A program made the translations under genes and the position numbers. The notes under the pieces were generated by a model. The model did not search any database, had not been told where the DNA came from, and saw only the letters and a list, made by a program, of their open reading frames with translations. This document shows, in pieces, positions 1 through 13,021 of a stretch of DNA of 64,000 nucleotides. The stretch comes from Amoebophrya sp. A120 (Eukaryota; Protista; Dinoflagellata): assembly GCA_905178155.1 (NCBI GenBank), contig CAJINV010000001.1, positions 12,073,832 to 12,137,831 on the forward strand, given 5' to 3'. The number at the start of each line of letters is the position of its first letter. Positions within the stretch are counted from its first letter, which is position 1.

Positions 1-1375
1 TCGAGAGGCGCAGGAATGACGAAGAGCCACTCCTACCGTGAGGGGATGTCGGACGCTAACGACCTCCCCGTCCTTCAACCTGAGGAGATGATTCTGGGGC
101 GGGCACTGGGGAAGCGCCTGGAGGTATTAGTGGCCTGCCGAATCCCACACCGCTGTTGCCATTAACCTAGAGTAGTAGAGGGAGGGAAGGAGCTGGAGCT
201 CATACAATGCAAGATCTAGGTCTATCTCTGGGTCTGCGATCACGATGGATAGCAAAAGAAGAAATTGATGAAAATCTTCACTGACAAATGTATGGTGACT
301 GAGACTGAGAGCCACAAAGAGTTACCCTTTTTTTAAAATCAATCAGTTTCTCATTCTCCAAGAGATTTTGAAATACGGACGGATTGTCATTAAACACTTG
401 TATTTTTCAGAAGGAGTCACATTGTACAATTTAAGATAAAGATACTCGAACTCGTACTCGGGCCGGGGTACAGGCTTGTTGCATATTTCAGTACATACAA
501 ACTAGAAACACAAGCATAGCTCTGCCTCTGTCCAGCAGTCCTTGCAGAGATGATACTTACAGTATAAAAAAGAGTAGACGACGAGATAATTGTCGACCGA
601 TGGAAAGTGTAGAAATGTCGCTTCCACCAGGGAGATGATGAGGGTCCTTCAGATAGACAGAAAAAAGTATTTTGCTACCGCTTTCTGTTCTATTGATTCC
701 CGTTTGGGTTCCAAGATGATTTTTTGAATGTGTCGCTGATTCATTTCATTCGCTTGCGATCTGATCATTTTTCTGAGGACAGACTACAACCATAAACGTA
801 AAGCGGTATAGGAACATCTGGATCTGGTCCAAGAACTCCGAGATCATGATAACGATCGTAGCCCCTATGTTTTCATGCGGTGCTCTTTTTATGATACATT
901 CGCTCAAAACGTAAGATCTTGGTCCACCGGATTTCTGAAACCTGTAGTAAGGACTAACTGTGTCTGTGGTCGCGGACAACGCAGCGAACTTATCGGGTAA
1001 CTACTACAGCAATAAATATGATCTATGAATAAATTCATTTCATCAGCGACTAGCGAACGGAAATAATTTTTCTTTGCGCGGAAAACAGATTTAATAGAAA
1101 TACGGTGACAAGTGATTTACCTTAAATTTCTGTAGAACAGATACACGAACATCATGCCAGCCCGCGCCAAGAAATACATTTTCAGCAAAAAAGCAGAAGA
1201 AAACGAAAAGACATGGCCACGCTTAGAAAACAGTGCAGCACCTCGCACTGTGGAAGAACATGACAGTAAAACAATCTGATCTTCGGCGACTGCAGCTTCG
1301 GAATAAACCGACGGACGAGGGATTTTGTCGGAAGGGATTAATCGACTAAGTCATCAATTTTCCCAAGATGGCGTT

Positions 1376-1697
1376 TATGAATCGAAAATTCATTTGGCTG
1401 GGTCTGGAAGACTGCAGGTTTCTCTTCGATGCCATTCGTACATCGCCAAACATTCTGCTTTGCAGGAAGGAGGAGCAAAAGCTGTTAGTTTTTTTTTGGC
1501 GGAGATTTATGGATTTGTCATGCAGAATGGGCCTCCAGTGAGTGTGCATCAGTATCTGCATTCGCAAAGCCAAAAAGCCTTGCTAGAACCTGTGATGCCA
1601 CGCTATGCATTGTAGACTTTGTGCGGGGATGAGATGAAAATCCGCATCACACAAAGGATCTGCACTCTCCCAGACCCAGACATGTTTGCGGTGGATA
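1376..1697. mobile_element. Decayed family-A introner/MITE copy (322 bp)
   Basis: Starts TAT and contains ctgggtctggaag; ends ccagacccagacatgtttgcggtggATA; flanked by GCGTT (1371-1375) and GCGTC (1698-1702); internal ttgtcatgcagaatgggc matches other family-A copies. Host gene not resolved. Confidence 0.7.
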
Positions 1698-1993
1698 GCG
1701 TCTTCATCCTCGCTTCCCGGAACCGGGAATAAGCGATCGAGTGCGAATTATCCTCAATGAAAACTACGTACCCACCCCATTGTTCTCAAGACAGTTAGGA
1801 ATTCTGCAGGGCAAATCAAGAATCTCTGTGAGTAGTGCACCATTACAAGTGTGGGTCCACAGGATAGAAGACATGCTTCGCTTACGTGGCCGCATCACTA
1901 AGCCAGTTCCGTATTCTGATTCGAATTCCCAAGCGCTTGTGATTTCGATTCGAGTATGCAAGGGGCGCTTGTGATTTTGATGGATTGTTTTCT

Positions 1994-4900
1994 ATGGCGA
2001 ACTTCCTGGAACCTCTACAGAACGCGCGTCATGAGGCTGCGCGCCATGAGACTCATTCTGGGCCTGCAGACAGGTATACTATACCTGTCTGCAGGCCCAG
2101 AATGAGTCTCATGCCATCTGCGTCGAGCCGCCGTCTGCGGTAGGGCCCTGTGTGTTCGTGTTGCAACTCCTCTACGCAGGACATTGATCATCGGGTGGGT
2201 ACGTTTTTACCTAGGATGCGAATGGAGTGAACAACAGTCCGGAAGATCGGACTGCGAAAACGCGACGCCAAGGCGCCGCAGGACAAGAAGTCGCGCCGAG
2301 ACCGAACTGGGAAAGAGGGAAAGCAAGGGCGCCCTTTGTTTTTCGGGATGCAAAGAAGCAGACGTGGGAGGTGGCCGACGTGGCCAACGTGACGATTATT
2401 CCAAAGAAATCGAAAAACAAAAAGTCCAAATTGGCGGAGGAGAAGAGGATGAGGCTGCAGCAGTTCGCGTTGTGTCCGCCGAAAAAGTCAACGGTGCTCC
2501 TAGACAGGCGCGCTCTTGAATTTACGCCGCAGGATCTGGTACTGTGCAAAACGTGACTTCTTCGTCTCTTTGCGATGGCTTTGGCCAGGTTGATTCTCTA
2601 GTTGCTAACACAAGGGAGTTCGATCATTTTTTGCTAAGCCAGCCCTGCTGTAATCATGTAAATTTCACCCGCGTCGTGTAGTTGATTTTGTGCTATTCAC
2701 TGCTTTTGTTTTAGTTTTCATCGCTAATTTGCAACTCTAACTTCATGATACGGCAGGTACGCAACCTGCTTCCGCGCAGCGAGAGAGACCCCGCTGTCAC
2801 AACGAAGATCAAGACGCAGAATGTGCCGATAGAGCAAGTCCTGGGTTGGGGAAAGGGGACGCGAAATGTTGTCTCTGAGTATGAGCCACCAGATGAGGGC
2901 CCGGAGCCCGCCTCGTTTTCCTCGTTTACACAAAACCGAAAAACGGCGATGGCCCCAAGCGTATATGGACCGCTACGGCAATGCGACCACAAAAGTGACT
3001 TCATGAGTCTGAAAGAACAAGAAGAGTTCGAAAGGAGACGAAAAAGAAGGATGAAGGAGGTGTCCGCCAAATTTCCGACCGTTGACGTAAGGATTCCTTT
3101 TATTTCGCTTGTTTATGTTTTTCTTGCTGTAGAAAAAAAGTAAAAGAGTCTGAGTCGATATCGATTTATTATCGCCATTGTGCAAGCAAGGCAAAAGGAA
3201 AAGCAGTACGATAACCAGCTATAAATCGCAAAAGAGGCCAGGAGAAGCAACTGTAGAGTATTCGCGCTTAGTATTGATGAGTTCCTACTTTCATCAATTT
3301 GCAAAAGTAAAGACCGCATAACTTTTCAATACAGAGCACGAAGGAGATGATTGACAAGCTGTGGAGTCTCCGGCGCAGGCGCATGGACGAGATCTGCACG
3401 AAGAGGGGAAACGTTTTGACAGAAGAAGAGATTCGCGGCGTGCTGTGTCTTGTGCGCGAAATCATGCTGGATCAGCCCATGATGATCGAAACGGATGCAG
3501 GCGACATCAACGTCGCGGGAGACACCCACGGCCAATTCTTTGATCTTCTGCGGATTTTTACAGCGAACGGGCTACCGGGTGAAGCCAGCTACATGTTTCT
3601 CGGAGATTATGTCGATCGCGGGAGAAACAGTATTTCTAGAAATATGTGGGTCGATTGAATGTTCCTGCAAATGAAAAATCTGATTGAATGCTTTTAATTT
3701 GAAGAAGAAGAAGTCAAGTCATTTATTTTTGTTGCGACTCTGAAGTAGATGTAGAGGTCATGGATTTTATGCATCAATTGAATTTTTTCAGGTTTGGAAT
3801 GCATGTTGCTGTTGTTTCTCTACAAGCTGCGCCTGCCCGATAACATGTTTCTGTTGCGTGGCAACCACGAAGCGCCGGGCGTGAATCGAGTGTACGGCTT
3901 CTACGATGAGGTAAAGAGGAAGTACAACGCCGGCCTGTGGAAGGCCTTCCAGGACGTCTTCGCTGTGATGCCCTGCGCCGGGCTGATCGCGGGGAAGATT
4001 CTCTGCATGCACGGCGGAATTTCTCCGCGACTGACCAACTTGCGCGAAATCAACCAGATTCAGAGACCCTGCGGGGTGCCGGACAATGGACTGCTTTGCG
4101 ATCTCTTATGGTCAGACCCGGCAAACGAATGGCAGGCCGTAAATCCCGGGAAGGCGGTGAGCGCAAGTCGCCCACCGAATCCTGCTATGAAAACCCTGGA
4201 GCCTGTCGACGAGCACTGGGGCTTCAATGCAAGGGGGGTCAGCTGGATATTCGACGAGGTCGCGGTGCAGGAATGTTGCGACAGATTTGGCCTCGACTTG
4301 ATTGTTCGCGCACACCAAAAAGTCGAAGATGGCTACGAGTTCTACGCGAAGAAAAGGATGCTCACCGTGTTTTCAGCTCCGAACTATTGCGGCACCTTCG
4401 ACAACAATGCAGGGGTAAGCAAGTTAGTATGATCGGGAGTAATTAATATCTTCGTCTTCAGGCTAGTTTTTTATATATGCAGCGTAGTGCCCATGCCTTC
4501 AAAAATGGCAGACGATACCAGTTCTGGAGCCGAACAACGTCATATATCAATCAAAATCAAGTATGTTTAAGTTTATCAATTGCGCATATTTTTGCAGCGC
4601 ATGTTCGCCCGCAGGCAAGCCTTCAAATAGATGCGCAATTTCCCACAAACACATTGATAGGTTCTCAACGTGTCCCGGCAGCTGCGATGTAAGCTGACCG
4701 TTTTGGAGCCGGAGCATCACATTGGGAAGGGCAAGTTTCACACTTGGCCAGGAAAAGAGAGAAAGGCAATGGAGTTAGACGAGCTGACGCTTTTTCCTGA
4801 CACGGAGGACATTTTAGAGCGACTGAAGGAGGTGGAAGACGAGGATGCGCCGCCAGCGGTATCGCAGTGGTTACTTATTTGGTTCGATATTTGTTGATGC

Positions 4901-7900
4901 CCCAAAGTCAAGACATATTCCTTGTTCGACCTGCACGACTTGATAAATGAGTGGCCGTATCTCCCACATGGCTGAGACTGTATAAACTGCACAAAATAAT
5001 CGTCTTTTTCGTGTATGAGGAAATCTGAACCAAAACAACAGGAGCTTGCTCGCCAAGCGTCTGCTCCAACAGCGTCGCCGAACAAAGCCATGCCAGATAA
5101 CGATCCTACGGTCCCAGACCCGCGAAAGATCCAGGTGAATGCACATGAAGGGTGGCCGCCTAACGACCCAAAGCACCATCCAGATAAGAAGTTCTACGTG
5201 ACCACTGACCAGATTCGGGAGGAGATAGCTCGGCTCGAGCAGGCAAAGCGCGACTTCAGGCCAAGTCCCTTAGTGCGCGAATACACCGAGTCCTGGCGGG
5301 TATTTTCATTTCAGTTTTTATTTTTTCACATTCAAGTTAGTTTGAGTTTTTCTGCTAAGGACCAAAATAGTTAGAAGTACCGTATCGTGTTACGTGAGCC
5401 TCATCATCTTCTTGACTTGAAAATGCAATGTGTCTTCTTTGGCGGCAAGCTCGTTGGTCTTCGTCTGCGCCCCACTATACTAGTGAAGCCGACTTTTCAA
5501 ACATCTTTAAAGCATTGCTCTACCACTTATATCCACTTCAATATGTTTCTCACTCTCAGTTCCGTCCGCTTTGGGACCGGCAAATGTTGACCGGACTGTT
5601 CGCGAACCCCGAATTTACACTACCGCAGAAATGGCGTGAACTGGGACCGAAAAAGATGGAAGGACGAATTATGAATCTCTGGAAGCAGGAGAAGGCTAGA
5701 GATCCAAAGTGGAAACAAGTCGCTGTCTTGACACATCTCAAGGCACTTCAGTTGTATTTTCCTCCGAAAGGCGGCGCCGCCGGACCTGCTGGTCCCGTTG
5801 GAAAGCCACCAGGTCCCACGGCTATTGACCGCTTGCTTCAACAGCATGGCAACGGCAAAGCGCAAGGGCAAGGAGCACCGCCGAAACAAGATATCGTTGG
5901 GCAGGCACAGCACCAGCAGGTGGCCCCACGCAGTGAAGTTCCAGCCTCCGCGTCAAAGCTCGACGCGCTAAAAGCAGTGCACCCGCAGTTACTGAGCGAA
6001 GCAGATAGGCTTTGGGCCAAAAGTGATCGGTTACGTTTTGCCCTCCAACAGGCTAAGCAAGATACGACCGAAACCCTGGAAACTTCGCTAAAAAGGACTC
6101 TTGAGTTGGAGCAGAAGCAAGCAGATCGAGATCGCGCGGAGTTTTCCGATTCAAAACAGTGCCCCGGGTGGAAGATTTTCGAAAATGGGGCACAGATGAT
6201 TGCGCTGGACGGAAGTCTTGGCCATCGGAGTAACGCGGTCTATGTGGAGGTCGCAACCAATGTGGGCGCAGTCATTCTGAAAAGAGACGGAATGGGCCGC
6301 TTGCAGATCGACTCCAACTGCAAGGATAAGCTGAAGATCTATGGGGTACCAGTTGCGGGGAAAAAATATTTGCGCGTGCGGTCCAGTCCGGCTATCACTG
6401 TTGAAGAAACCATAAGAGGAGGCCACCGCTATTACATGGTTCATGTGGGCGCAGCGACAGGGTCGGGCGAGAAGAAACGTTTTGCACAAATCAAGATCGT
6501 GCAAGACCAGTACAGTGAAGACCGTGGAGCACAGCAGCGGGACAGGCTGCTTAAGGCATCGCTCAAGCTGCAAGCGAGAAAAAAAGCACGGCGCCAGCTT
6601 TTTCTGAAACAGCTTCTGTGGCTCCGGGCCGTAGCGAAAACCCCCCTCCCGAGGGAGCCTCGGACTCGCATGCTGATGCTGGAGCCGGACTATTTGTGGT
6701 TGCGCTACCATCTGGAAGGCAAGGAAGCAGCATCGCTGCACAGGAGCTGTTCGGCACTGCAGAGCCTTATGCGACAGTTTCACATCGAGCACGTGATGAA
6801 CCGACACGAGTATAGCGACAAATCGCTTCTTCCCCGGCTAGACGAATACATAACGAGTCGTTATCGGATGACAAACAGGCCGCACAAGCTCCTTGAGAAA
6901 TGCACGACGAAACTCGGAGCTCTGTATCAAAACGAGGATGTTTCGCAGCCGGTCGGACCGCCGCGGGTGTCGGAAGGTGCCGGGATTGCGACCACAAACG
7001 AGACTCTTAAACTTGACGAGATGCAGCTCCAAGAACTCAAGATGCGGGCAACAAGCATTCAAAAATTTGAAGCCGTGCAATACGTTTCCGGGAAGCGAAC
7101 CGATGAAGCGAAACTGCGAGCGTTACTGCAGGCAGTAGATCAGCAGCTGCAGGATCATGCTACTGTCGCGCAAATACCGAACGCGCCCTCCGGTAACGAT
7201 TCAAATACAGGCCTTGGGATAAGCAAAGGCAAGAAAAACAAGAAGTACAGCAGCCGCCTCTGCAATACAATGCTGCTATGTCATTTTACCGCGGAGATGT
7301 CCAGGACACAGCGCGCAGGCCAGCGATACCAGGACGCAGTCTTCTACGAGTTTCGTGCTCAGAGAAACAAACACAAGTTTGAGTACCTTCCTCCGCTGTC
7401 CGAGTCGTCCATGTTGTTCGGCGGGGAAGTCGCGTCAAATCGGGTGCTGGAGGACAAGTCCAGCGAATTTTCTGTCGAACCCACGGTAGTCCCCCCAGGA
7501 CAGAAGATGACAGAGGCCCTGATGCAGGTATCCCGGCGTGTGGAACATGAGAAGAACGAGGACAAGGCGGAGTCCGCCAGGAAAGCCGCCACGGAGGTCT
7601 ACCTGCTCTTTCTAGAAATGGCCACCCAGTTCATTCGCCAGCAATTCGGGACTTTGGCCGGAGGGCCGCGGCGCTGGGAACCAAATCCGGAGATGGAGCT
7701 TCGACGACAATTGAGCATGCTCACTTCTGCCCAACAGATGGCCCTGCTATCCCGTCGGAGAAAGGAAATACCCTTCCGCACTTACTTGGCAGCGCTACGA
7801 AAGAACCTGCAGGAAAACATAGAAGACAGGCAATCCAAGCACGAAAAACGTTTGGGAAAATCGCTACGAGCTATCACCGCGTTTTCTGTGGCACAGGACT

Positions 7901-10900
7901 CAGCGGGTTCCGCAAGCAGTGAGCTGTTTTCCTTCAAACCCCCCGACAATGATGGTGGTGCTGTTGACGACGGACCATTGACGTTATCACTCGTTCCTCG
8001 GGGTCAAGAGCAAAGCGGCGGTGTATCGTTTGCAGCTGCGCTGAGACACGTGCGGCGTGCAGGCAAGAAGCTTTTGGCTGCTGCTCGAGACAAGGGCGCG
8101 GTAGTCCGATACAGACGCCATGCTGGACGACCCATGAGTATCAAAGTCCGATCTGGCGGGAGGGTAGAAAGACGTCACGTCCTGCATTTTCTGAAGCAAA
8201 TGAAGCGACCGGAGCGGACTGCAAGGCACCTGTTGGACGCGGTTTTGAAATCCGCCGGTGTGCCGACAAAATCCCGGAAGGCCGCAGCTGCTGAGGAGAA
8301 AAAGGAGCAGAAGTTTGTCGCCAAAACCATGTCCAGTCTGAAACGGTCACGACACGATGTAGTGGGAACTGCAGGCGCTCTCGGCAAAGACGGTTTGCCC
8401 CCGGACGCTGGTGCACAAGCAGAGCTGAACGGCCAGAACAATTATGAGAACCACTCAGGAGTAGGAGCACTGGACTTGGATGATCCAAAAGCTCTAACAA
8501 GAAATCTTGTGACGCGTTCCCCGAAGTACCTCCGCTTCCGACGTCTTCTGCGACTATACATGCATGGGAAAAAAGCTTCTTCCGGGCTTTTCAGAAGCAG
8601 CAAGAAGGCCGTGAAGACAGTTCCATCAACGACGGCACATCACGCGAACCAACTTGAGGCCGTAAAGCAAATTTTCCTGCGCAGAATGACAATGGCAAGG
8701 ACAGCAGCGGACGCAAGCAGTTTCCTGACCGAGAATTTTGGCATCCTCAAGAGCAGCCGACAGCTTACAAGGTTGGTTTGCTTCAACGAGAACCTTACTT
8801 CTCAGCAATTCCGGCGGAACTCAGCAGAAAAAACGAAGGTCGATCGGCAAGTTGGTGCTATGAAAGAGCTCGCCAGGAAGCTCATTTCCGAGAGCGTCCA
8901 CTGCCCATCCGATGCTGGCAAAAGAAAACTTTTAGAAGGCCGCGCCCAGGATTTGCTAGACAAAGCCGAGGAACTTTTGTGTCGATACATGGAAAATCTT
9001 CGCAACGACAAACAGCTCTGTTTGTCCAAAGATCAGCGACGGAAGTATCGACAGAGTCTGGCAGTCATGCGAGTAAAACGGGCTAGCACCAATGCACAAA
9101 ATCGGTCAGTCGACGACAAGAAGCCAAGCGGTGAAGTGAAGAAGAGCGGCTCTGTGCCGCAGAAGCCGAAAACTGGAGTGCGGAAGGGAAACGCAAAACC
9201 TCCGAGGGGTGACGCTCGCCGAAGACAGAGGAAACTGAAGCTGGCAGCTGCAAACAGAAGGTACACATGTTGTACAAAGTTGTATTCTTCGTCGAAGAGA
9301 GTTTGAAAATCAATATATTTTCCTAATATGCTTACGCTTGCTTTTGCTGTACCCCATGATTTTATATAAATGCTTCGCTGAGCTTTTCTCTGCATGATCA
9401 CCGGCATTTTGATTTTTTACATACATCCAGGTTTAACGTCAGCAATCCGAAAAGTGTCTACGCACAAAAGCTACTGAAGATGATACGGGTAAGAAAAGCT
9501 GCTGCTGCTGCTGTGTCCGCAAATAATTCAGTCCCGGAAAAAAATGAAGGCTCAACCTCAAGCGCATTAGCCCTCATTAGCTCCGAAGCGAAAAACTTGT
9601 TAGACGCCCTCTACCCGAAGAAGAACGACAAGAAAGGTTCACTTTCACAAGCAGCGAAGGTTATGATCCGCAACGGACTGAAGGCGGAAATCATACAGCG
9701 GACAATAACCGAACTGAACGCGAGGGGGGACAAGGCAGCAGGTATCAATTAGCTTTCAGTTTTTCTTGTTGATGTTGATGCCGTGCCCGTGAACATGTAA
9801 GAGCCGGATCGCTGTCGCAGGGACAGCGATTTATATTTGTATACAATCTAAGCCCTGAGGACTCTACAGTCGTTTCGATCCCATATTCCTAGTTTCTGCA
9901 TGAGTGCATGTAAATGAAGTTGCATTTCTTGTCACATCGTTATCGCCAAATCGACACAGGTTCTGCAGAAGCAGAGAAGATGGAGATGCGAAATGCCGTG
10001 GCTAGCGTTTTGAACCGGTATGTTCTCGAGGAGATAAATGTTAAAAAGCACAGGCCGATCTTGCAGGCACTGCGTGAGGTCGTAATCAAACTGGCACAGG
10101 AGCAGCTGGCGGACAATGTTACATCTGTAACCCGGGGCGGCGCTGCGGATGACGAAGCGAAAAACGAGAATCGTGCGCGGGGAAGGTCTCCTTCGGTAGA
10201 CGAGTCGCGGCAGCGGCAGCAAAAAAGAGCAAGACAGAGAAGCGAGAATCGAGCGAAGTTCTTTGCGCCGCGGGCGGTTTCATTTCGCGAAGCCTTCAAT
10301 ACGACGCTGCATCCAACTGCCTACGAAGAAGACCTTTCCGTGCAGACCTTTGTTGCGGGAGAGAAAGCAACCGACATTGTGGACAAGCTGAATAGTGAAC
10401 ATGCCCACGCGGAGGAAGCGATGAAGAAAGCCAAGAGCATGAATTTTTTGGGCTCCCTATCGCCGGGCGCCCTGCAGAATGATCCTTTTTCGCCTACAAT
10501 TTTGGAGGAATCCAGCCAGCCGTCAGTCGTAATTCCCGCGGCTGCAACAGCACATCCTGCACCAGACAGCCTTGCCCTGGTCAAGACCATTTCTGATTCC
10601 TCGGAGAAGGCTCGAGACCAGATTTCGAATGGACGAGTTGTAGATGAAAAGGAACTCCAATTAGTATCGCCTAACTCCAGCGACGAGAACATGATGAAAA
10701 ACGTATCCCTACCGATTCCGGAGACCACGAAAGCAGTTCTTTCCGAAGTGAACGCTCCCAGTTCATCTTCCAGTACTTTGTCAACTCTTCATCCCCTTGA
10801 CAACTACTCGACAGTGAGCAGTGGAAATGTACCCTCGGAGCGACCCCTTCATCCCTCGACATCAAATGGCGAAGCTTTATTGCAGGAAGAGCTGAGCGCG

Positions 10901-12007
10901 ATCCTGCCGAAGGGTGACACAAAGAACACTGCACGAAGGTCCGAGCAAGCAGCTGAGCATGCCGCTCGGGAGCCGCGGGAAGACGTCGTACTGGACAGGC
11001 CTGGCGAAGAACGCGATGGCGCTTCGTCCCGAGGACTGGCCAGTGGAGAAGTAGCAGTAGGAGATGCGGTAGCGAAATCTGATGAAAATAAAGAGGACGA
11101 AAGGAAAAGCAACCAGACCCCATTGTCCAGAATAAATCGCGACAGCGTCATGCGCATAGTGCATGATGCTCTACAGCTAGATGACGACAGTGTAAGTGAC
11201 CAGCAGGGACAACAGGACCTACGTAAAAGCACGACTCCGGCTAGGGCGCAAGAAGGCGAACACGCAGATGCTGCTGCACAGCACGTGTGTGTTAGTAGGC
11301 GCACCGGTGCCGAGAATTCGGGCGCGCAGGAACAGATTTCCAGTGCAGCTGTCGCAGCACCGGACGACGTGGTGAAGAAGTTGTCAAACGGGGTTCCACC
11401 TGCGACGACTTCTACGGTTGAGCAACACGGCGACTCTTCATCGGTGCTTGGGCTTGAGCGGAAAGCGAGCGGTGATCTGGCTGACCAGCCATGCGGCGAT
11501 GATCAGACAGCAGCTCTTGCAGAAGCGGCGGCGTCACCAGAAGTGGAAGAGCAGCACAGCATGATTGCCGCAACGCCAAAAAACAGCAGCGTCGTGGAGA
11601 GGCCGGCCTTAGCACCAGGGGACCTTGTTGTGGAGAACGCCGGCGCAACCGCATCGAGTAGCTCCAGTGCTCCTGCTCTCGCTGCGGGAACAACGGCGGA
11701 TCCCGATCGGTTTCCTGCACGATCTTCGAAAGAAAGCCAGGACCGACCGGATGCTCCGTTGCGAGCCAGCGAATCCACGGGAAATAAGCGCGGACCCGAA
11801 GCTGTTGAATCGGGCGGTAGGAGCCGCAGTAGCGCAAACACTGCAGGCCGCGAAAAGAGAGATAACAATTCATCCGCTGAAGGCAACCGTAATCCGGGAT
11901 CTACCGCTTCAGGACGACGGCAGGGCCGGGACAGTTCTGTCGGAGTGAATCCTAGAGAATACAACCAGCGAAAAGGAAGAAAACGGGACTGCGCGCAGTC
12001 GAAATGA
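1994..12007 (+). CDS. PP1-like Ser/Thr phosphoprotein phosphatase (catalytic domain ~3335-4720), probably with a ~2,100-aa C-terminal extension; multi-exon
   Basis: PPP motifs GDTHGQ, GDYVDRG, LRGNHE, HGG and SAPNYC. Phase-compatible GT-AG introns at 3630-3791, 4415-4660, 4859-5041, 5300-5559, 9261-9430 and 9742-9959 link the ORFs to the stop at 12007. The 5' exons (1994-3086) are uncertain. The domain call is firm; the full fusion is inferred. Confidence 0.7.
2045..2113. repeat. Perfect palindrome, 34-bp arms with 1-nt centre; candidate minimal hairpin intron
   Basis: catgagactcattctgggcctgcagacaggtata-c-tatacctgtctgcaggcccagaatgagtctcatg; direct repeat GCCAT at 2043-2047 and 2113-2117. Confidence 0.9.
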
Positions 12008-13021
12008 CGAGAGCGACGGCGACCAGAAAACTACGCAAGTACACGTGTAGTTTTAAACCCAACCAAGTTGGAAGTAGCAGTTTCAAGCAGAAGTAGACGG
12101 GTGATTGTATCTACTGTACTAGCGCATCGGCATCCTCCTCTTCGCCGAAGGGAGGGAGGTCTATCACCAGAATGTTATGAGTGTCCATGGCAGAACCGAA
12201 TTGTTCACGAACCAAGTTGTTGAGGAATTTCTAATTTCAAGTACGTAAAACTAAAAACGACACCAACCCAGCATTTTTTTTTGGTCATTTCTGTGGAACC
12301 CAATTTCGCAGAAGAAGGAACAAGAAGAAGAAAAACGCATTATTTATCAGGGTCACGGTAATTCCACCCATTCCAATGAAGGCACGTTTGAAACTACGCC
12401 CAATTTGTCTGGCTAGATGTCGTTACGCGCATCATCGTTGGTGTCAGCGCACTGTACGTAGTCAGTGTGTTTCACGTTTTTCGTGTCACCGTCCTCGGTC
12501 GAATTCGTCGTGTTGCGCTCGTTTTGGTGAACAAACTAGCTTTAGGTGTGCTGGACCAGAGATCTTCGTTGGTTCCCCACCCGGTTTGCTTCGTCCTTTT
12601 CTTCCAGTACGGGTTTTGTACCGGTTCGTTGACGTTTTCTTTTGAATCTGTAAGCATCCGCAAAATAGAAGGTTCCAGTGCCGGCTTTTCACTGGGTGCA
12701 GGTGCGTGCGGCGGGCGCTTTTGTTTGACGAGAACGAGGATACACTGGAATCACAATACATAGAGCACAACCCTTTATGGAGCGATCAATGGGCGGCGGT
12801 TCTTGTTGTTCTCGCCACGGGGTTCTTCCGGCTATTTGATCGAAGCTTGGTCGTGTACTTCTTTCTTCCGTTTTGCTTTTCCGGAACACATCGGGTGTTT
12901 TTTCGGAGGACTGGTTGTCTCCTTGTCCCGGTGATTTTTCGGCGCGAGTAGTGTGCCACCTCCAAGCGGAACAAGCCGGCGTGGTTCCTGGCCAGCACGC
13001 AGGGTCGTCGGTAAAAAAAAG

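Noticed and set aside
1-165. Open frame at the window start
   Set aside because: Possibly the tail of an upstream gene, but too short and motif-free to call.
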